27,120 nt of DNA from Chlamydiia bacterium (lineage in GTDB: Bacteria; Chlamydiota; Chlamydiia; Chlamydiales; Parachlamydiaceae), in NCBI GenBank assembly GCA_038257035.1, contig JBBSJT010000019.1, forward strand, positions 1-27,120, in the 5' to 3' direction. The notes beneath the pieces were generated by a model. The model was given only the letters and a program-made list of their open reading frames with translations, had not been told where the DNA came from and did not search any database. Positions 25,217-27,120 of this stretch are shown here, in pieces. Both the position numbers and the translations under genes were made by a program. How positions within the stretch are numbered: position 1 is the stretch's first letter; each line of letters starts with the position of its first letter.

Positions 25217-27058
25217 TTAATCTTTCAATCTTGCCATTTCAGCTAAAGCTTGTTCTTCTTCGTTAATTAAATTTTCCATAATGAATGCTTTACGCTCAGG
25301 CGTATTTTTCCCCATATAAAATTCAAGGGTCGACTTGATGTCAGAAAATGTCTTTACTTTGACAGGAATTAGACGAATGTCCTTATTGATAAACTGTCCA
25401 AACTCTTTTGGCGAAATTTCCCCAAGACCTTTAAACCTTGTGATTTCAACGCCTTTTTTAAGTTTTAAGATGGCCTCGTCACGCTCCTCTTCAGTGTAGC
25501 AATAGAAGGTTTTTTCTTTGTTTCTTACCTTAAATATAGGGGTTTCAAGAACGTATAAATGTCCACTAATAACCAACCCCTCAAAATAGGTAAGAAAAAA
25601 GGTAATCAGAAGATTACGAATATGCATCCCGTCAACGTCAGCATCGGTTGCAAGAACAACTTTATTGTATCTGATATTTTGAATATCATCTTCTATGTTC
25701 AGAGCGCTCATTACATTAAACATTTCTTCATTTTTATAAAGCTGATCAAGCTTCATTCCATGCACGTTCAGAGGCTTTCCTTTTAGGGAGAAAACGGCCT
25801 GAGTCATAGGGTCACGAGACGCCACAACTGAAGCACTTGCAGAATCCCCTTCCGTTAAGAAAATCATCGTTTTTTCGCCATGGGCAGATTCATCTTGGTA
25901 ATGGTATTTGCAATCGCGAAGTTTTGGAATTTTAAACGAAATTTTCTTTTGCTTTTCCTTAGCTTCTTTTTTTACATTGGCAAGCTCTTTGCGCAATTTT
26001 TCGTTAAAGCCGATACGCTCGATCAATTCTTTTGCAGCGGCCGGGTTTTTATAAAGAAGATCGCTAACAGCATCTTTAACTTCCGTGACGATTGAGCCTC
26101 TAATTTCAGTGTTACTTAACTTGTTTTTTGTTTGTGATTCAAAAATAGGGTCTTTAACTTTTACTAAAATTGTGCCAATAATCCCCTCTCGAACATCAAC
26201 ACCTTGAAAATTCTTCTTCGAAAATTCATTAACCCCTTTTAAAATCCCCTCTCTGAAAGCTGAAAGGTGGGTTCCGCCATCTGAAGTGTATTGCCCATTA
26301 ACAAATGAAAAATAGCTTTCACCATAACTTTGCGTATGTAAAAAAGCAAATTCCAAAAATTTTCCGCGATAATGAAGAGGATCATAGAGCCTGTCGTCAG
26401 ATACTTCAGCATTTAAAAGGTCAAGAAGGCCATTTTTAGATTCGATCGGCTCATCATTATAAAAAAGTGTAAGTCCGGTATTAAGATAAGCGTAATGCCA
26501 TAAACGTTTATTGATGATTTCATCTTGATAGGCATATTTTTTAAAAATTTCAGAATCGGGAATAAATTCAACATAGGTTCCATTTTCTTCTTTTGTTGAT
26601 CCTTCCGTTTTTTTTAAAAGTTTACCTTCCGAAAAAATAGCTTCCACATATTTACCGTCACGGAAGCTTCTTACCAGAAAATGACTCGACAAAGCATTAA
26701 CAGCTTTTGTGCCGACACCGTTTAACCCAACTGAAAACTGAAATACATCATCGTTATATTTAGCACCGGTGTTGATCTGGCTGACGCATTCCACAACTTT
26801 TCCAAGTGGAATTCCTCGCCCAAAATCACGTATGGACATTTTTTGGCATGTTGCATCAAATTTAATGATGATTTTTTTACCATGTTTCATGATAAATTCA
26901 TCGACACTATTATCTAAAACTTCTTTTAACAGAATATATATCCCATCGTCCTGGTTTGATCCATCGCCAAGCCGTCCAATATACATTCCACTTCTTAAAC
27001 GAATGTGTGCTAAAGCGTCTAGTGTCTTAACTGTTGTTTCGTCGTATTCTTTTGCCAT
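25217..27058 (-). CDS. parE: DNA topoisomerase IV subunit B (chlamydial gyrB2 type)
   Basis: Motifs EVLDNSVDE, DFGRGIP, GLNGVG, TEGDSA, DADVDG and RFKGLGE. Confidence 0.92.
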   Translation of the reverse strand: MAKEYDETTVKTLDALAHIRLRSGMYIGRLGDGSNQDDGIYILLKEVLDNSVDEFIMKHGKKIIIKFDATCQKMSIRDFGRGIPLGKVVECVSQINTGAKYNDDVFQFSVGLNGVGTKAVNALSSHFLVRSFRDGKYVEAIFSEGKLLKKTEGSTKEENGTYVEFIPDSEIFKKYAYQDEIINKRLWHYAYLNTGLTLFYNDEPIESKNGLLDLLNAEVSDDRLYDPLHYRGKFLEFAFLHTQSYGESYFSFVNGQYTSDGGTHLSAFREGILKGVNEFSKKNFQGVDVREGIIGTILVKVKDPIFESQTKNKLSNTEIRGSIVTEVKDAVSDLLYKNPAAAKELIERIGFNEKLRKELANVKKEAKEKQKKISFKIPKLRDCKYHYQDESAHGEKTMIFLTEGDSASASVVASRDPMTQAVFSLKGKPLNVHGMKLDQLYKNEEMFNVMSALNIEDDIQNIRYNKVVLATDADVDGMHIRNLLITFFLTYFEGLVISGHLYVLETPIFKVRNKEKTFYCYTEEERDEAILKLKKGVEITRFKGLGEISPKEFGQFINKDIRLIPVKVKTFSDIKSTLEFYMGKNTPERKAFIMENLINEEEQALAEMARLKD

Positions 27059-27120
27059 GTGACCTTGAAAAGCTGTTAAATAATTGTATAATGCTCTATA
27101 TACACTTTTATCTTAAATAA

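Noticed and set aside
741..27062. Remaining short antisense or nested ORFs in the track (e.g. 741-935, 1373-1702, 3461-3736, 14517-14813, 22593-22805, 26769-27062)
   Set aside because: They are shadows of well-supported genes or repeats and have no recognisable motifs.

Overview
AT-rich window from a Chlamydiae genome, most likely an environmental Parachlamydiaceae-like lineage (inferred from the SycD/LcrH chaperone near glgB, chlamydial-type parE/parC, class I aldolase, a Cys-rich exported protein and F-box genes). Most genes are housekeeping: the end of an ABC ATPase, a VKOR-thioredoxin fusion, PfpI, glgB, fbaB, a DEAD-box helicase, hemL, mlaEFD-yqgE, an RRM protein, ribBA-ribH, an RluA-family synthase, recX, parC and parE. 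There are also two tandem F-box effector-like paralogues. The most unusual signal is non-coding. At least 12 intergenic elements form a modular family of long imperfect palindromes (about 110-320 bp) and solo arms. They share a (GA)TTTTTT(N)AC...GTAAAAAA scaffold and swappable outer modules (ACCGTTAG/CTAACGGT and others) but carry different short internal repeat units. Paired copies show compensatory base changes, conserved asymmetry and GNA-triloop mini-hairpins. No transposase or other mobiliser is encoded in the window. Also seen: a REPIN-like doublet, a candidate pseudoknotted leader upstream of the Cys-rich gene, a predicted ~300-nt 5' UTR on the RRM gene, and an in-frame internal RBS in the VKOR-Trx fusion. 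All alignments and pairings were done by eye and no database searches were run.
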